Source of the DNA: Erysipelotrichaceae bacterium OH741_COT-311
GTDB taxonomy: Bacteria; Bacillota_I; Bacilli_A; Erysipelotrichales; Erysipelotrichaceae
NCBI GenBank assembly: GCA_003858585.1
Contig: RQZE01000011.1
Location: forward strand, 1-32,000
DNA length: 32,000 bases
Reading direction: 5' to 3'
The notes below the pieces were generated by a model that did no database searches, was not told where the DNA came from, and saw only the letters and a program-made list of their open reading frames with translations. Shown here piece after piece: positions 1 through 10,106 of this stretch; the first letter of the stretch is position 1; each line of letters begins with the position of its first letter. The position numbers and the translations under genes were made by a program.

Positions 1-1152
1 TAAGGCTGTGACTAAGGAAATAATAATCACTGCATTGACTACGACTAGCCATACGATAAAACTTGCATATAAACTTAATGTATCTAATGGCTTCGCCAGT
101 TTTTTAAATGTTTCATTGTTTGCATCTACTTTAATAAAATCTTCTTCAGGGATTAATTCTTCATAGTCAGCTACAAACTCATCAACTTTTAATGGATCGT
201 TTAATAATACGGTAATATTCCCTTTTTTAGCAATGTTATCTAAGCTAGGTTTATTGTCCGGATTTTGATTGTAGTCATTAGGTTCATTTTCCACTTCCCA
301 ATTCCACATTTTTAACGACATATTATAACGAGTTTCATTGATTGCTTTATCAGGAACAACAATAATGTTTTCCGGAGATTCATAACGTGACATCCAATCA
401 AAATTAGGTAAATTCGGTCCCGCTTCTTTTGTATTATCAAAAATACCAATTACTTCCAAATTAAGTATGACATCTTCTTCTGTAATGCCGTATTTTCCCA
501 TATACTCATTAATATCAGACTTACTTGCTAACATAATTGAAATCGTATCGCCAATTCGAATATTATTCAATTGTGCTAGGGTATCTGTAATTAAAGCAAC
601 ACGCTTTCCTTGAGCAATATCATCTGCCGTAAAACTGTTACCTTCTTTTAAATTGTAAATACCATCTACAAATTCAATCATTTGAGGAAACGCATTTCCT
701 TGTAATGTAATATTTGGTTCTTCATAAGTACGACAAATTTCTTGACCGTTTTCATCTACATAACAACTCTTTGCATTAGTATCCTCATTTTCACGCTTAT
801 TATTTAAAGGAACTGATTCAAAGCCATGTGCGTGCACAACATCTGCCGTTATCGCATTCAATGTGCTTACTCGCTTATCCGCAATAATTTTTTCAATCAA
901 TTCATTGCTGATATATGGATATTTTGCATTTTCAAAGTCTGTTACCGTTTCATACCACTTACGATAATCCACTTCGAAATTAATAACTGCACGCATCTTT
1001 TGTCGTGTTAAGATTTTTGCTTTTGCTGAGGCATCACTTACTCCAAGACCAATAACTACAAAGTTACCAATCACAAAGAATGTAAGCATCAAAATGATAC
1101 TTTTACTCAATTTACGAGTAACATTACTAATCGCACGATTGATATAATTCAT
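1..1152 (-). CDS. ABC transporter permease, MacB/FtsX type (first 384 codons; 3' end runs off the window)
   Basis: It is absent from the ORF track because it has no in-window stop. Hand translation of the minus strand is open from the ATG at 1152-1150 to base 1: MNYINRAISNVTRKLSKSIILMLTFFVIGNFVVIGLGV... The layout is one N-terminal TM helix, a long hydrophilic (extracytoplasmic) region, then a second hydrophobic helix FIVWLVVVNAVIIISLVTAL at the edge. SD AAGGAG lies 9 nt upstream. This topology is typical of MacB-like permeases. Confidence 0.7.
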   Translation of the reverse strand, partial: MNYINRAISNVTRKLSKSIILMLTFFVIGNFVVIGLGVSDASAKAKILTRQKMRAVINFEVDYRKWYETVTDFENAKYPYISNELIEKIIADKRVSTLNAITADVVHAHGFESVPLNNKRENEDTNAKSCYVDENGQEICRTYEEPNITLQGNAFPQMIEFVDGIYNLKEGNSFTADDIAQGKRVALITDTLAQLNNIRIGDTISIMLASKSDINEYMGKYGITEEDVILNLEVIGIFDNTKEAGPNLPNFDWMSRYESPENIIVVPDKAINETRYNMSLKMWNWEVENEPNDYNQNPDNKPSLDNIAKKGNITVLLNDPLKVDEFVADYEELIPEEDFIKVDANNETFKKLAKPLDTLSLYASFIVWLVVVNAVIIISLVTAL

Positions 1153-1172
1153 TTTTCACCGCTCCTTTTCTC

Positions 1173-2714
1173 TTATGGGTTTCTTTGAACATGAATTTTT
1201 AAATCACTACCCTTAATAAAAGTTCCTACTACATCCGCTGAACCAGGGTCTGTATGACTTGAAATACGCAAACCATTTGGTAATTCTACTTCAAAGCTTG
1301 TAATTGCATTAGGTAGTTCCCCATTATATGCAAATGTACATTTTCCATCATTTTTTGTTTTACAAAATTCTTCTATATACTGCAATTCGGCACCTACATC
1401 ACCAAATTTTACATCTTGTTTTGTTAAATTAATTTCTACAGGTGTAGGAACACTTGGCGCAACTTCATTCGCTTTTACACGTACTTCAATTTGTGTGTAA
1501 AGATTTACATATGTTCTTTTCGTATTGGCTTCACTTGGTGTAATCCACTCAATGATTGGGTTGTTTATATCACCACCTACGACTTTTAAATCCGGTAATA
1601 CTTGTCCACCTTTACGATTTTGTTCCTGAATCCAACGCTGTAAATCTGCTCCAGTTGTACCTCCAAATGTTAATAAATCAGGTCTCCATAAAGAAACTGT
1701 ATAATCTACCACAGAGTTGGCATCTAAAATCGTTCCTTTTTTTACAGATTGACTCATAACCATATTTTGTTCAACCGAATCACTCCATTGCTCCTTAGCA
1801 TAACACTTGATTCCGTTTGTTGCACACCAATCAGTAACTTTGTCTTTACTCATGCCTTTAAAATCAATCATGACAACAGCTTTCCCTTTTGACACTTTTA
1901 CTACAACTGTCTCTCCTTGTTTGATTTGTTGATCCTTCTTAACACTAATATAAACAATTTTACCAGCCGGAACTTTATCGTCATATACTTCCGTTTTGTC
2001 AATCACAAGCTTATTCGTTTTTGCCCATGCTTCAAATGTTTCAAATGTCTCGTTTTTATATTCTGCATTTACCGTTACAGTACCTGCCGGTTGTTTTCCT
2101 TTACTTACCGTGAATGTTACGTTTGTTCCTCTTGTAAAGTTATCACGATCAACCCCTTTTAGGTCAAACGAAATCACTTTTCCTTCTTCTACTGTTTCTG
2201 AATATGCTGTTGCAATTTTAACCTTAGATAATTTATTCTTTGTAATCCAATCGTTAATATCATTCTTTGTCAATGACAATACATCGCTTGGAAACTCTAC
2301 TTTTTCATCCGGATTTGCACCTTTTGAAATGACAAACGTAATCGCTACATTCTTATGAACTTTTACACCTTCTTTAATAGATTGAGAAATAACTAAATTT
2401 TCATCTATTTCCAAGCTATATTCTTCATTTACAACTATTTTAGTCGGATCAATCCCTTGTTGTTTAATCCATGACGAAATTTCTTTTTTAGGTTTCCCAA
2501 CAAAATCCGGCATTTTAATTTTTGGAGCTAAAAATACAAAATACCCCACAACACTTAATAACGCTAAAACTACAAACCCACCAATCAGTACTTTAGGATC
2601 AAGATTTTTTGAACTCTTTTGATACCTTTCTACTTTTTCTTCTTGAAAACTTTCTATTTTCTTGCTATTGGCTTCTTTTGCAATTTCATTTAAAAAATCT
2701 TTACTATCACCCAT
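1173..2714 (-). CDS. Membrane-anchored multi-PASTA-repeat protein with no kinase or PBP domain
   Basis: 513-aa ORF with SD AGGAGG 5 nt upstream. It has a short charged N-terminus and one TM helix (VLIGGFVVLALLSVVGYFVFL). Five to six divergent ~65-70 aa repeats follow, fitting the PASTA pattern, e.g. MPDFVGKPKKEISSWIKQQGI...VISQSIKEGVKVHKNVAITFVISKG. Later repeats end in ...TFTVSKG and ...VVKVSKG. Confidence 0.6.
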   Translation of the reverse strand: MGDSKDFLNEIAKEANSKKIESFQEEKVERYQKSSKNLDPKVLIGGFVVLALLSVVGYFVFLAPKIKMPDFVGKPKKEISSWIKQQGIDPTKIVVNEEYSLEIDENLVISQSIKEGVKVHKNVAITFVISKGANPDEKVEFPSDVLSLTKNDINDWITKNKLSKVKIATAYSETVEEGKVISFDLKGVDRDNFTRGTNVTFTVSKGKQPAGTVTVNAEYKNETFETFEAWAKTNKLVIDKTEVYDDKVPAGKIVYISVKKDQQIKQGETVVVKVSKGKAVVMIDFKGMSKDKVTDWCATNGIKCYAKEQWSDSVEQNMVMSQSVKKGTILDANSVVDYTVSLWRPDLLTFGGTTGADLQRWIQEQNRKGGQVLPDLKVVGGDINNPIIEWITPSEANTKRTYVNLYTQIEVRVKANEVAPSVPTPVEINLTKQDVKFGDVGAELQYIEEFCKTKNDGKCTFAYNGELPNAITSFEVELPNGLRISSHTDPGSADVVGTFIKGSDLKIHVQRNP

Positions 2715-2787
2715 AAAATCCTCCTAGTGGTAATTTACTTCTTCATTATATACTAATTTTTTTATATCGTTGCTTACAATTATGTCA

Positions 2788-4761
2788 TTATCCGGCTTTT
2801 AACTCTAAAATGATATCTCTTAAAGAAGCTGCTCGTTCAAAGTCTAAAACCTTCGCGGCTTCTCTCATTTCTTTTTCAAGAGAAACAATCAATTCTTCCT
2901 TTGCCTTTTGGCTTCCTTTGGATTTACGAACGATATACTTACTAGCCATTTCCTTGGTCTCTTTTCCATGAATTGCTTCATGAATTTCTTTTTTAATAGT
3001 TGTCGGTATAATATTATGTTCTTGATTATATGCCATCTGAATCTGACGACGACGATTGGTTTCTTCGATTGCTTTTTGCATAGATTCTGTCACGCTATCT
3101 GCATACATAATAACTCGTCCTTCGCTATTTCTAGCAGCTCGACCAATGGTTTGAATCAAAGAACGTTCAGAACGCAAGAAACCTTCTTTGTCGGCATCTA
3201 AAATACATACTAAGGCAACTTCAGGAATATCCAAACCTTCTCTTAACAAATTAATCCCGACTAAAACATCAATTTTCCCTTTACGTAGATCTAAAATAGT
3301 CTCGATTCGCTCTAACGTTTTCGTTTCATGATGCAAATAACTAACATTCAAATCCTGATTTTTTAAATATGCAGTTAAGTCTTCTGCCATTTTTACTGTT
3401 AATGCAGTCAACAATATACGTTGTCCCTTAGCAATACAACCACGTATCTCATCTAAAATATCATCAATTTGTCCTCTAGTTGGTCGAACTTCCACCAAAG
3501 GATCCAACAATCCTGTTGGACGTATGATTTGCTGTATGACTTCGTTATTTACTTTTTCTAATTCATAATTACCGGGAGTAGCACTGATATAGATAACTTG
3601 ATGTATTACTTCTTCAAACTCATCAAAACGCATCGGTCGATTGTTCAAAGCACTTGGTAAACGAAATCCATATTCGACTAAAGTTTCTTTACGGGCACGA
3701 TCTCCATTATACATTCCTTTAATTTGAGGAATAGATACGTGAGACTCATCCACCACCAATAAAAAATCCTTCGGAAAATAATCAAACAGATTATAAGGTC
3801 GTTGTCCTTCTTGACGTCCATCAATATGAGCTGAATAATTTTCAATTCCCGGACATACCCCAAACTCTCTTAAAGCTTCCAAATCATAACGACAGCGTTG
3901 TTCTAAACGCTGTTTTTCCACCAATTTATTTTCTTTTTCAAAATACTTTAAACGATCTTCCAACTCTTCTTCAATCGCATTAGCCGCCCTTAAAATTTCA
4001 CTTTGATTACGAGCATAACCTGTAGCCGGAAAAATGTTATAGACCATGTAACCATTTACTGTTTTAGAGGTAATTGGATCAATTTCAGTAATACGTTCAA
4101 TTTCATCCCCAAACATTTCAATCTTTAACAAATAGCTATCGGTATGTCCTAAAGAAACTTCGATCACATCGCCTCGCACTTTAAAGGTTCCTCGTTTACG
4201 CTCCATATCATTCCTTTGATATTGACGTAAAACAAACTTCTTTAATAACTCATTACGATCAATGACTTCTCCTACTTTAATCGTAAAAAACATTCCCTTA
4301 TACTCCAAAGGATTACTCGAAGCATAAATACAAGCCACAGAAGCAACAATAATGGTATCTCGATGTTCCAACACGGAATTATAAGCAGACATCGCTAACA
4401 TGGTTAACTCATCATTAATCATCGCATTTTTTTCAATGTATGTATCTGTCTTTGGCATATAAGCTTCCGGCTGATAATAATCGAAACTGGAAACATAGTA
4501 TTCTACATGATTATTCGGAAATAATTCTTTAAATTCGGAATACAACTGTCCGGCCAAGGTTTTATTATGCGCAAAAATCAAAGTAGGTTTATTCACCTGT
4601 GCAATCACATTGGCAATAGTAAACGTTTTTCCGGTTCCTGTTGCTCCAAGCAACACTTGTTCTTTCTTATGTTGTTGTAAGCCATTCACCAATTGTTGAA
4701 TTGCCTTTGGTTGATCTCCCGTAGGCTTAAACTTACTAACTAATTCAAACTTAGAGTCCAT
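2788..4761 (-). CDS. uvrB: Excinuclease ABC subunit B
   Basis: N-terminal [11 protein letters not shown], Walker [14 protein letters not shown] box and a C-terminal UVR motif ([17 protein letters not shown]). The ORF-track start at 4764 is a TTG; the adjacent ATG at 4761 is the more likely start. The gene overlaps the 3' end of the upstream S41 protease gene. Confidence 0.97.
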   Translation of the reverse strand: MDSKFELVSKFKPTGDQPKAIQQLVNGLQQHKKEQVLLGATGTGKTFTIANVIAQVNKPTLIFAHNKTLAGQLYSEFKELFPNNHVEYYVSSFDYYQPEAYMPKTDTYIEKNAMINDELTMLAMSAYNSVLEHRDTIIVASVACIYASSNPLEYKGMFFTIKVGEVIDRNELLKKFVLRQYQRNDMERKRGTFKVRGDVIEVSLGHTDSYLLKIEMFGDEIERITEIDPITSKTVNGYMVYNIFPATGYARNQSEILRAANAIEEELEDRLKYFEKENKLVEKQRLEQRCRYDLEALREFGVCPGIENYSAHIDGRQEGQRPYNLFDYFPKDFLLVVDESHVSIPQIKGMYNGDRARKETLVEYGFRLPSALNNRPMRFDEFEEVIHQVIYISATPGNYELEKVNNEVIQQIIRPTGLLDPLVEVRPTRGQIDDILDEIRGCIAKGQRILLTALTVKMAEDLTAYLKNQDLNVSYLHHETKTLERIETILDLRKGKIDVLVGINLLREGLDIPEVALVCILDADKEGFLRSERSLIQTIGRAARNSEGRVIMYADSVTESMQKAIEETNRRRQIQMAYNQEHNIIPTTIKKEIHEAIHGKETKEMASKYIVRKSKGSQKAKEELIVSLEKEMREAAKVLDFERAASLRDIILELKAG

Positions 4762-6241
4762 CAATAATTTCCATTGCTTTCATTAATTGTGCATCATTCT
4801 TTTTATCTGAATTAATATTTTTACGAACACTTGAAATAATGGAATCCAATGTTTTACGATTTAAAATTCCATCTGTTTCTAAATTATGTTCTAACTTATA
4901 TTGATTTAATGTATCTTTAAAATACACGTCAAAATATCCATCTTTACGCAACACTTGATAACCCAAATAATCCAATGCATACTGTGCCACCTTAGCATAA
5001 TCACTTACAGAGTCTACTTCATAACTACTGCTTTCCTCTAAGTTTGGTACTTTTAAATAAAAGTAATCATGCAGTTTTACTGCTACATCCGGTTCAATTC
5101 CACCTAAATCATTTACCCAGATACCATTTGGACTTGTCCACTTGCTTGTCGTATATTTTAAAGCAGATCCATCTTCAAAGTATTCCGTTGTTTGAACGGT
5201 ACCCTTCCCATAAGACTTTTCACCAACTAAGATGGTATTTGGATACTGTTCTTTTAATGAAAGAGCCAATACTTCTGCAGCACTTGCTGTTTGATGATTA
5301 ATTAAAATAACAATACGATCCGCATAGACAATACGATTCCCTTTTGTATACCCATTTTCAACATGACCATTGCTGTAAACCTGTTTAATCACTAAGGTAT
5401 CTTCTTGTAAGAAATGACTTGCAACATCTACAAGGGTATTTAAGTAACCTCCGCCATTATCACGTAAATCAATAATTAAATTCTTCATGCCTTTTTGGTT
5501 TAAGTCCTCTAGATACACACCGGTTTCTTTTCCGGTTTCGCTACCAAAACTATAGATTTCTAAGTAACCCGTATCTTCATCCAACATATACCCATAAGCG
5601 GTATTATTTACTTCATCACGTGTGATATCAATGATAATGGGATTGCCTTGACGTAAAAATTCAATAGAAACAACCGTTCCCTTCATCCCCTTTACCATCT
5701 TACTGATTTCTTCACTTGTCAATCCTTCTAGAGAAACCCCGTCTACTTTTATAAAGACATCTCCTGCCAAGACACCGGCTTTTTCAGCCGGTGAATCTTT
5801 AAAGACTTTTTGTACGACAAAGGAACCATTATCCTCACTATATTGAACTCCAATTCCTACAAAGCCCATATCAATATGAGAAGTAAAAAGCTCTACTTCT
5901 TCTTGCGACATGTAAGAAGTATGTTTATCCTCTTCAAAACTTGTCATGCCATAGTACGCTTTATCCATCATCTTTTGATCAACTTCATCAATCATAGATG
6001 AAAAATACCATTTATGATTCATGATATTTTGCATACGTTCTAACTTTGTTCGTTTATGACTAATCGTTTCTACTTGCGTATTGCCTATTCCTTCCATACG
6101 ACCAACAATAAACCCTAACGATCCTGCCACAAGCATCAACGCTACAATCATCGTAATCAAACGATTTTGTCTTCTTCTATCTGCACGTTCATCTTCCCAT
6201 AGATGACGTTTTAATTTTATTGTTACCTTCTTTTCTTCCAT
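4751..6241 (-). CDS. S41 family C-terminal processing peptidase (CtpA/CtpB-like) with PDZ and C-terminal peptidoglycan-binding domains
   Basis: N-terminal TM anchor and a PDZ-like GIGVQY...GDVFIKVDG segment. S41 Ser/Lys dyad context is TASAAEVLA and KSYGKGTVQ. The C-terminal segment resembles PG_binding_1 ([10 protein letters not shown]...DGYF...[13 protein letters not shown]). SD AGGAG lies 7 nt upstream of the ATG at 6241. Confidence 0.9.
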   Translation of the reverse strand: MEEKKVTIKLKRHLWEDERADRRRQNRLITMIVALMLVAGSLGFIVGRMEGIGNTQVETISHKRTKLERMQNIMNHKWYFSSMIDEVDQKMMDKAYYGMTSFEEDKHTSYMSQEEVELFTSHIDMGFVGIGVQYSEDNGSFVVQKVFKDSPAEKAGVLAGDVFIKVDGVSLEGLTSEEISKMVKGMKGTVVSIEFLRQGNPIIIDITRDEVNNTAYGYMLDEDTGYLEIYSFGSETGKETGVYLEDLNQKGMKNLIIDLRDNGGGYLNTLVDVASHFLQEDTLVIKQVYSNGHVENGYTKGNRIVYADRIVILINHQTASAAEVLALSLKEQYPNTILVGEKSYGKGTVQTTEYFEDGSALKYTTSKWTSPNGIWVNDLGGIEPDVAVKLHDYFYLKVPNLEESSSYEVDSVSDYAKVAQYALDYLGYQVLRKDGYFDVYFKDTLNQYKLEHNLETDGILNRKTLDSIISSVRKNINSDKKNDAQLMKAMEIIDGL

Positions 6242-6286
6242 CTGTTAACTCCTAACATCTTTAACTAGCTTTATTATATGAAATTT

Positions 6287-6295
6287 ATTATATCA
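6287..6295 (-). promoter_or_regulatory. Candidate extended -10 promoter element (TGATATAAT) for the S41-uvrB-PASTA transcription unit
   Basis: The minus strand reads TGATATAAT just downstream of the M32 terminator. A second TATAAT lies at 6273-6278. No good -35 element was found. Confidence 0.35.
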
Positions 6296-6310
6296 AAAAA
6301 ATAATGAAAC

Positions 6311-6335
6311 AAAAAGAAAACACCAAGGTGTTTTC
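6311..6335 (-). terminator. Rho-independent terminator after the M32 carboxypeptidase gene
   Basis: Perfect 9-bp stem GAAAACACC/GGTGTTTTC with a 2-nt loop, followed on the minus strand by TTTTTGTTT. The stem abuts the TAG stop at 6335-6337. Confidence 0.8.
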
Positions 6336-7819
6336 TAATCTAATTGATAAATCTTCGTAAATTTATTGATTAAATATTCTACATAATATTTCGGATTAAA
6401 TTTCTCATTTGTAACAAGCATTAATATTTCATCCGCTGTTTTAAATCCCCCATATTGATGAATATGATCCTTTAACCACTGTTTAAGCACTGTAAATTGA
6501 TTACTTTCCAACAAATGATCAACATCTAAGTCCTTACGCATTTGATGATAGAACTGAGCAGCATAAGCACTACCTAATGCATATGTTGGGAAATACCCAA
6601 ATTCACCACTTGTCCAATGAATGTCCTGAAGAATACCATGACTTGCTTTGTCGACCTGAACACCAAGATAATTTACCATCATCTCATTCCACACTCGCTC
6701 TAAATCATGAACATCTATACTACCATCACAAATTCCTTTTTCTATTTTATAACGAATCAAGATATGAATTGGATAGGTAAGTTCATCCGCTAGGGTACGG
6801 ATTAAAGAAGGATAAGATTTATTAATCGCTAAGTAAAATGTCTCTAAAGACACATCCTTTAACGCCGGCATCTCTTGTTGCAGTAATGGATAATTATATT
6901 TCCAAAAAGCATAACTGCGACCAATGTAATTTTCTAATAAACGAGATTGTGATTCATGCATCCCCATTGTAATCATCGTATCCAGTGGATGTCCTTTATA
7001 ATCTCTACTGCTTTGATAATCATAAGTAGAATGTCCAATTTCATGGATTACGGAAAATACGGAATTAAACGGATCTTTTGAATCAAAATGGGTCGTAATA
7101 CGAGTGTCATTATTATTTATTTTTGTACTGAATGGGTGCATAGAAGTAGCGATATAACCCCAATCTTTTCCATAATCTAAGTACTCAGCAATCCTATCAG
7201 CAACCTTTTTTTGCACTTCATCAGTTACTTCAAAATACAACATATCATTTTTAATTTTATGATTATGCTCATTTACTTTTTTAATAAAAGGAACTAACTT
7301 TTCTTCCAATAAAGCAAAGAAGGCATCATATTTTTCAATACTTACATCTTGCTCAAAGTCATTTAGCATAGCTTCATATATGTTTCCAACATTACGATAA
7401 GCCATAAGTTTACGTTTTGCTTGTATTACCGCCAGTAAAGCAGGCTCAAACAATTTATAATCATCCGTCTTTTTTGCCTCTTCCCACTTCATTTCCGCTT
7501 CACTTGCTAAATTTCGAAACTGAATGTACTCTTCTTTAGGAACATTGATAATCTTATTTGTTTCTTTTAAATTATATTCAATTTCTTTGCGTACATATTC
7601 ATCTAATTCTTCGTTTAAAAGATTCTTTTGTAATTCAATAAACATTGGATCCAATAATAATTCAAAGGCTTCCCCGCTTAACTGATTAAGCATTTGATAG
7701 TTATAAGCCTTCCCTGCACTTGGTGCAATGGTTGCTAAGTCATAATGCGCAATCGCTAAGATTGTATTATAACTATTTAATTTATGTCTATATTCAAAAT
7801 ATTGTTTCAGTAATTCCAT
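6335..7819 (-). CDS. M32 family metallocarboxypeptidase (Taq-type)
   Basis: Diagnostic M32 motifs are present: HEIGH (HEXXH), HESQS, DTRITT, IRTLADELTYP and GILQDIHW. There is no signal peptide. The start lies 8 nt after the upstream M23 stop. Confidence 0.9.
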   Translation of the reverse strand: MELLKQYFEYRHKLNSYNTILAIAHYDLATIAPSAGKAYNYQMLNQLSGEAFELLLDPMFIELQKNLLNEELDEYVRKEIEYNLKETNKIINVPKEEYIQFRNLASEAEMKWEEAKKTDDYKLFEPALLAVIQAKRKLMAYRNVGNIYEAMLNDFEQDVSIEKYDAFFALLEEKLVPFIKKVNEHNHKIKNDMLYFEVTDEVQKKVADRIAEYLDYGKDWGYIATSMHPFSTKINNNDTRITTHFDSKDPFNSVFSVIHEIGHSTYDYQSSRDYKGHPLDTMITMGMHESQSRLLENYIGRSYAFWKYNYPLLQQEMPALKDVSLETFYLAINKSYPSLIRTLADELTYPIHILIRYKIEKGICDGSIDVHDLERVWNEMMVNYLGVQVDKASHGILQDIHWTSGEFGYFPTYALGSAYAAQFYHQMRKDLDVDHLLESNQFTVLKQWLKDHIHQYGGFKTADEILMLVTNEKFNPKYYVEYLINKFTKIYQLD

Positions 7820-7827
7820 ACATTCTC

Positions 7828-9216
7828 CTATTCAAATACACTTTCCGGTTTCACGCGGCAAGGGGCACCAACTCCGTTTTCACAAAGACGTCGAAACGTT
7901 GCACTACCCCAACCGGTACCAAATGACATATCTCCATTCCAGCTTGCTACGTAATCTGCAATGGAATTGGTTCCAAGGTAAAAGACTTCAACATGGGTAT
8001 GCGGTCCTGTCGAGTTTCCACTTGTACCGGTTTCAGCAACTTTATCACCTGCCATAACGGTTGTCCCTCGAGCTACCGGGGTATTGATTAATAAGTGATA
8101 ATATTTTACCGCATAGGTCTTGCCATCCACACGCACAATCATAGCCATTTGATTTCCGCCCTTGGCATTACCTCCACCGGTCCCACCACAAGTATTTCCT
8201 AAGTAACCATCGCCACAGCCATCCACCGACAAGATAACAACCCCATTGGCAGGCGCATACACCGGCGTCCCCTTAGGTGCTGCATAGTCAATTCCTAAAT
8301 GAATCCCACCACCAAAACTCTGTGGATAATACCATGTTCCAGCTGAAATACGTGCTCCCGGAACAGGACGAATAAAACCACTGGAAGAAGGGATATTGCC
8401 AAGCTTATCTGCAATGCTGGCAATCATTTTCTTAATGCCATCTAAGTCACCAACAATTTGTCCATAACTTGCTTCCAACTCGGCTTCTTTCTTTAAGTAC
8501 TCTACTTTTACAAGCTCCGCTTCCTTACGCTTAACAATTAATAAAAATTGTTTTTCTTCTAAACTCTTTTTATTTTCATCCAGCACTACTTTTTCCGCTT
8601 CCAATTCCGCCTTAGCAATCTCTAATTCATGAATTAAATTAATCAATGACTGACGTACTTTATTATCATACGTCGCAATTGAACTAATCCCATTACTACG
8701 ACGAATTAAATCCTCAATACTTTGAGCACCCATTAAAAAATCGAGCAACTTATTAAAACGCATTGTAGATTGAGCCTCTACCATACGATTCTTTACCTTT
8801 TGTTTTAAGGCATTAATCTCTTCTTCTTTTTGTGTAATTTCATTTTGTTTTGTTTCAATTTGTTGTTCTTTCTCTTCAATATTTTTATTTAATACACCAA
8901 TCTCATTTCCTAAGATTTGAATTTCAACATTATAACCCCTAATTTTTTGCGCTGCTTTTTCAATATCTTTCGCAATCTCTTCACGTTGAGCTTCAATATT
9001 ACGCAATTGTTCACGCAACGAAGAAGACTTTCCTGCTAAATGAGCCGCAAAAGCATCACACGTTTTCTTATCTTCTTCACTTAAACTATTACTTGAACAC
9101 AATTGATAATAATATTGTGAATTACTGTCAAACTCACTTTCTTCTTCCGCATAGATTGGAAAGATACTTAAGATTAATAGCGCAACAACAATAATCAGCT
9201 TTCTTAACGTTTCCAT
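7828..9216 (-). CDS. Secreted coiled-coil M23 (LytM-type) peptidoglycan endopeptidase, EnvC/PcsB-like architecture
   Basis: Signal peptide (LIIVVALLILSIFPIYA), then ~200 aa of heptad-rich coiled coil. The C-terminal M23 domain has HLGID (HxxxD) and HTHVE (HxH). The gene overlaps the ftsX 3' end by 13 nt. Confidence 0.85.
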   Translation of the reverse strand: METLRKLIIVVALLILSIFPIYAEEESEFDSNSQYYYQLCSSNSLSEEDKKTCDAFAAHLAGKSSSLREQLRNIEAQREEIAKDIEKAAQKIRGYNVEIQILGNEIGVLNKNIEEKEQQIETKQNEITQKEEEINALKQKVKNRMVEAQSTMRFNKLLDFLMGAQSIEDLIRRSNGISSIATYDNKVRQSLINLIHELEIAKAELEAEKVVLDENKKSLEEKQFLLIVKRKEAELVKVEYLKKEAELEASYGQIVGDLDGIKKMIASIADKLGNIPSSSGFIRPVPGARISAGTWYYPQSFGGGIHLGIDYAAPKGTPVYAPANGVVILSVDGCGDGYLGNTCGGTGGGNAKGGNQMAMIVRVDGKTYAVKYYHLLINTPVARGTTVMAGDKVAETGTSGNSTGPHTHVEVFYLGTNSIADYVASWNGDMSFGTGWGSATFRRLCENGVGAPCRVKPESVFE

Positions 9217-10106
9217 CTTAAATACTTCGTTACTGAAAAGAAACTACCTATAAAGCCAACCCCAATACCCACAGCCAATAAGATACATGAAATATACAAT
9301 ACGAATGGATGGGGAGGAATTAAAACAAAGATACCACTCAGTAACTTTCCTCCTAATTTATTATATAAATAGATATAAGCAAATATCGTTGTAAGAATCG
9401 GGATAATGGCACCAAGCATACCAATGATGATCCCTTCTACTACAAATGGAGCACGAATATAACCGTTTTTAGCTCCAACATTACGCATGATCCAAATCTC
9501 ATTACTACGAGCAAAAATCGTTAACTTAATGGTATTTTGAACCAAATAAATCGCTAATAGCGACAAGGCAATAACTAAAATAAAGCCCCCTTGACGAGTT
9601 GTAGCTAAGGCATTGACTAACATCGTAGAACTTTCTCCACCATAATTTGTCTTTTCAACCCCTTCAATGGCACTAATCTTAGAAGCAATCTCCTGTAACA
9701 TACTTCCTTCATTTACCTCTACATAAAAAGCATGATGCATAGGATTTTCACTACGATAAGGCTCAAAAATCACACGCTCTTCTTCAGGAAACGAATTGAT
9801 ATAAAAGTCAAACTCCATTTCTTTATCACTAAAAGTTACCAATTTAACACCGGCTATATTTTTAATCTGTGAATCAATACGATCTAAATCCTCTTGCGCT
9901 TCAAAATCATAAGAAACAATAACAGAAATCTTAACAGAATTTTCAATCTTAGAAGTAATTTTTTCTAAATTACTGGTTACAACCAAGAAAATAGAAATCA
10001 ACAATAAGGTAATCGTTACCGCACTTGCACTACTTACCGACATTGCAGAGTGACGACCAACGCCATAAAATCCTTCTTTAATATGTCTTAAAAAACGATT
10101 AATCAT
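9204..10106 (-). CDS. ftsX: Cell division ABC transporter permease FtsX
   Basis: 300 aa with FtsX topology: TM1, an extracellular domain of about 120 aa, then three C-terminal TMs. It overlaps ftsE by 8 nt. Confidence 0.9.
   Translation of the reverse strand: MINRFLRHIKEGFYGVGRHSAMSVSSASAVTITLLLISIFLVVTSNLEKITSKIENSVKISVIVSYDFEAQEDLDRIDSQIKNIAGVKLVTFSDKEMEFDFYINSFPEEERVIFEPYRSENPMHHAFYVEVNEGSMLQEIASKISAIEGVEKTNYGGESSTMLVNALATTRQGGFILVIALSLLAIYLVQNTIKLTIFARSNEIWIMRNVGAKNGYIRAPFVVEGIIIGMLGAIIPILTTIFAYIYLYNKLGGKLLSGIFVLIPPHPFVLYISCILLAVGIGVGFIGSFFSVTKYLRWKR

Noticed and set aside
3678-3863. 61-aa minus-strand ORF inside uvrB in a different frame, plus other 60-97-aa ORFs nested in annotated genes (826-1011, 1556-1759, 1917-2162, 2908-3201, 5044-5301, 5810-6001, 6577-6780, 7720-7926, 10142-10366, 12920-13105, 13262-13510, 20311-20526, 21871-22077, 24724-24987, 30726-30908)
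   Set aside because: All are nested in, or overlap, much longer ORFs with strong family motifs. They lack translation signals and have implausible composition, so I treat them as spurious.
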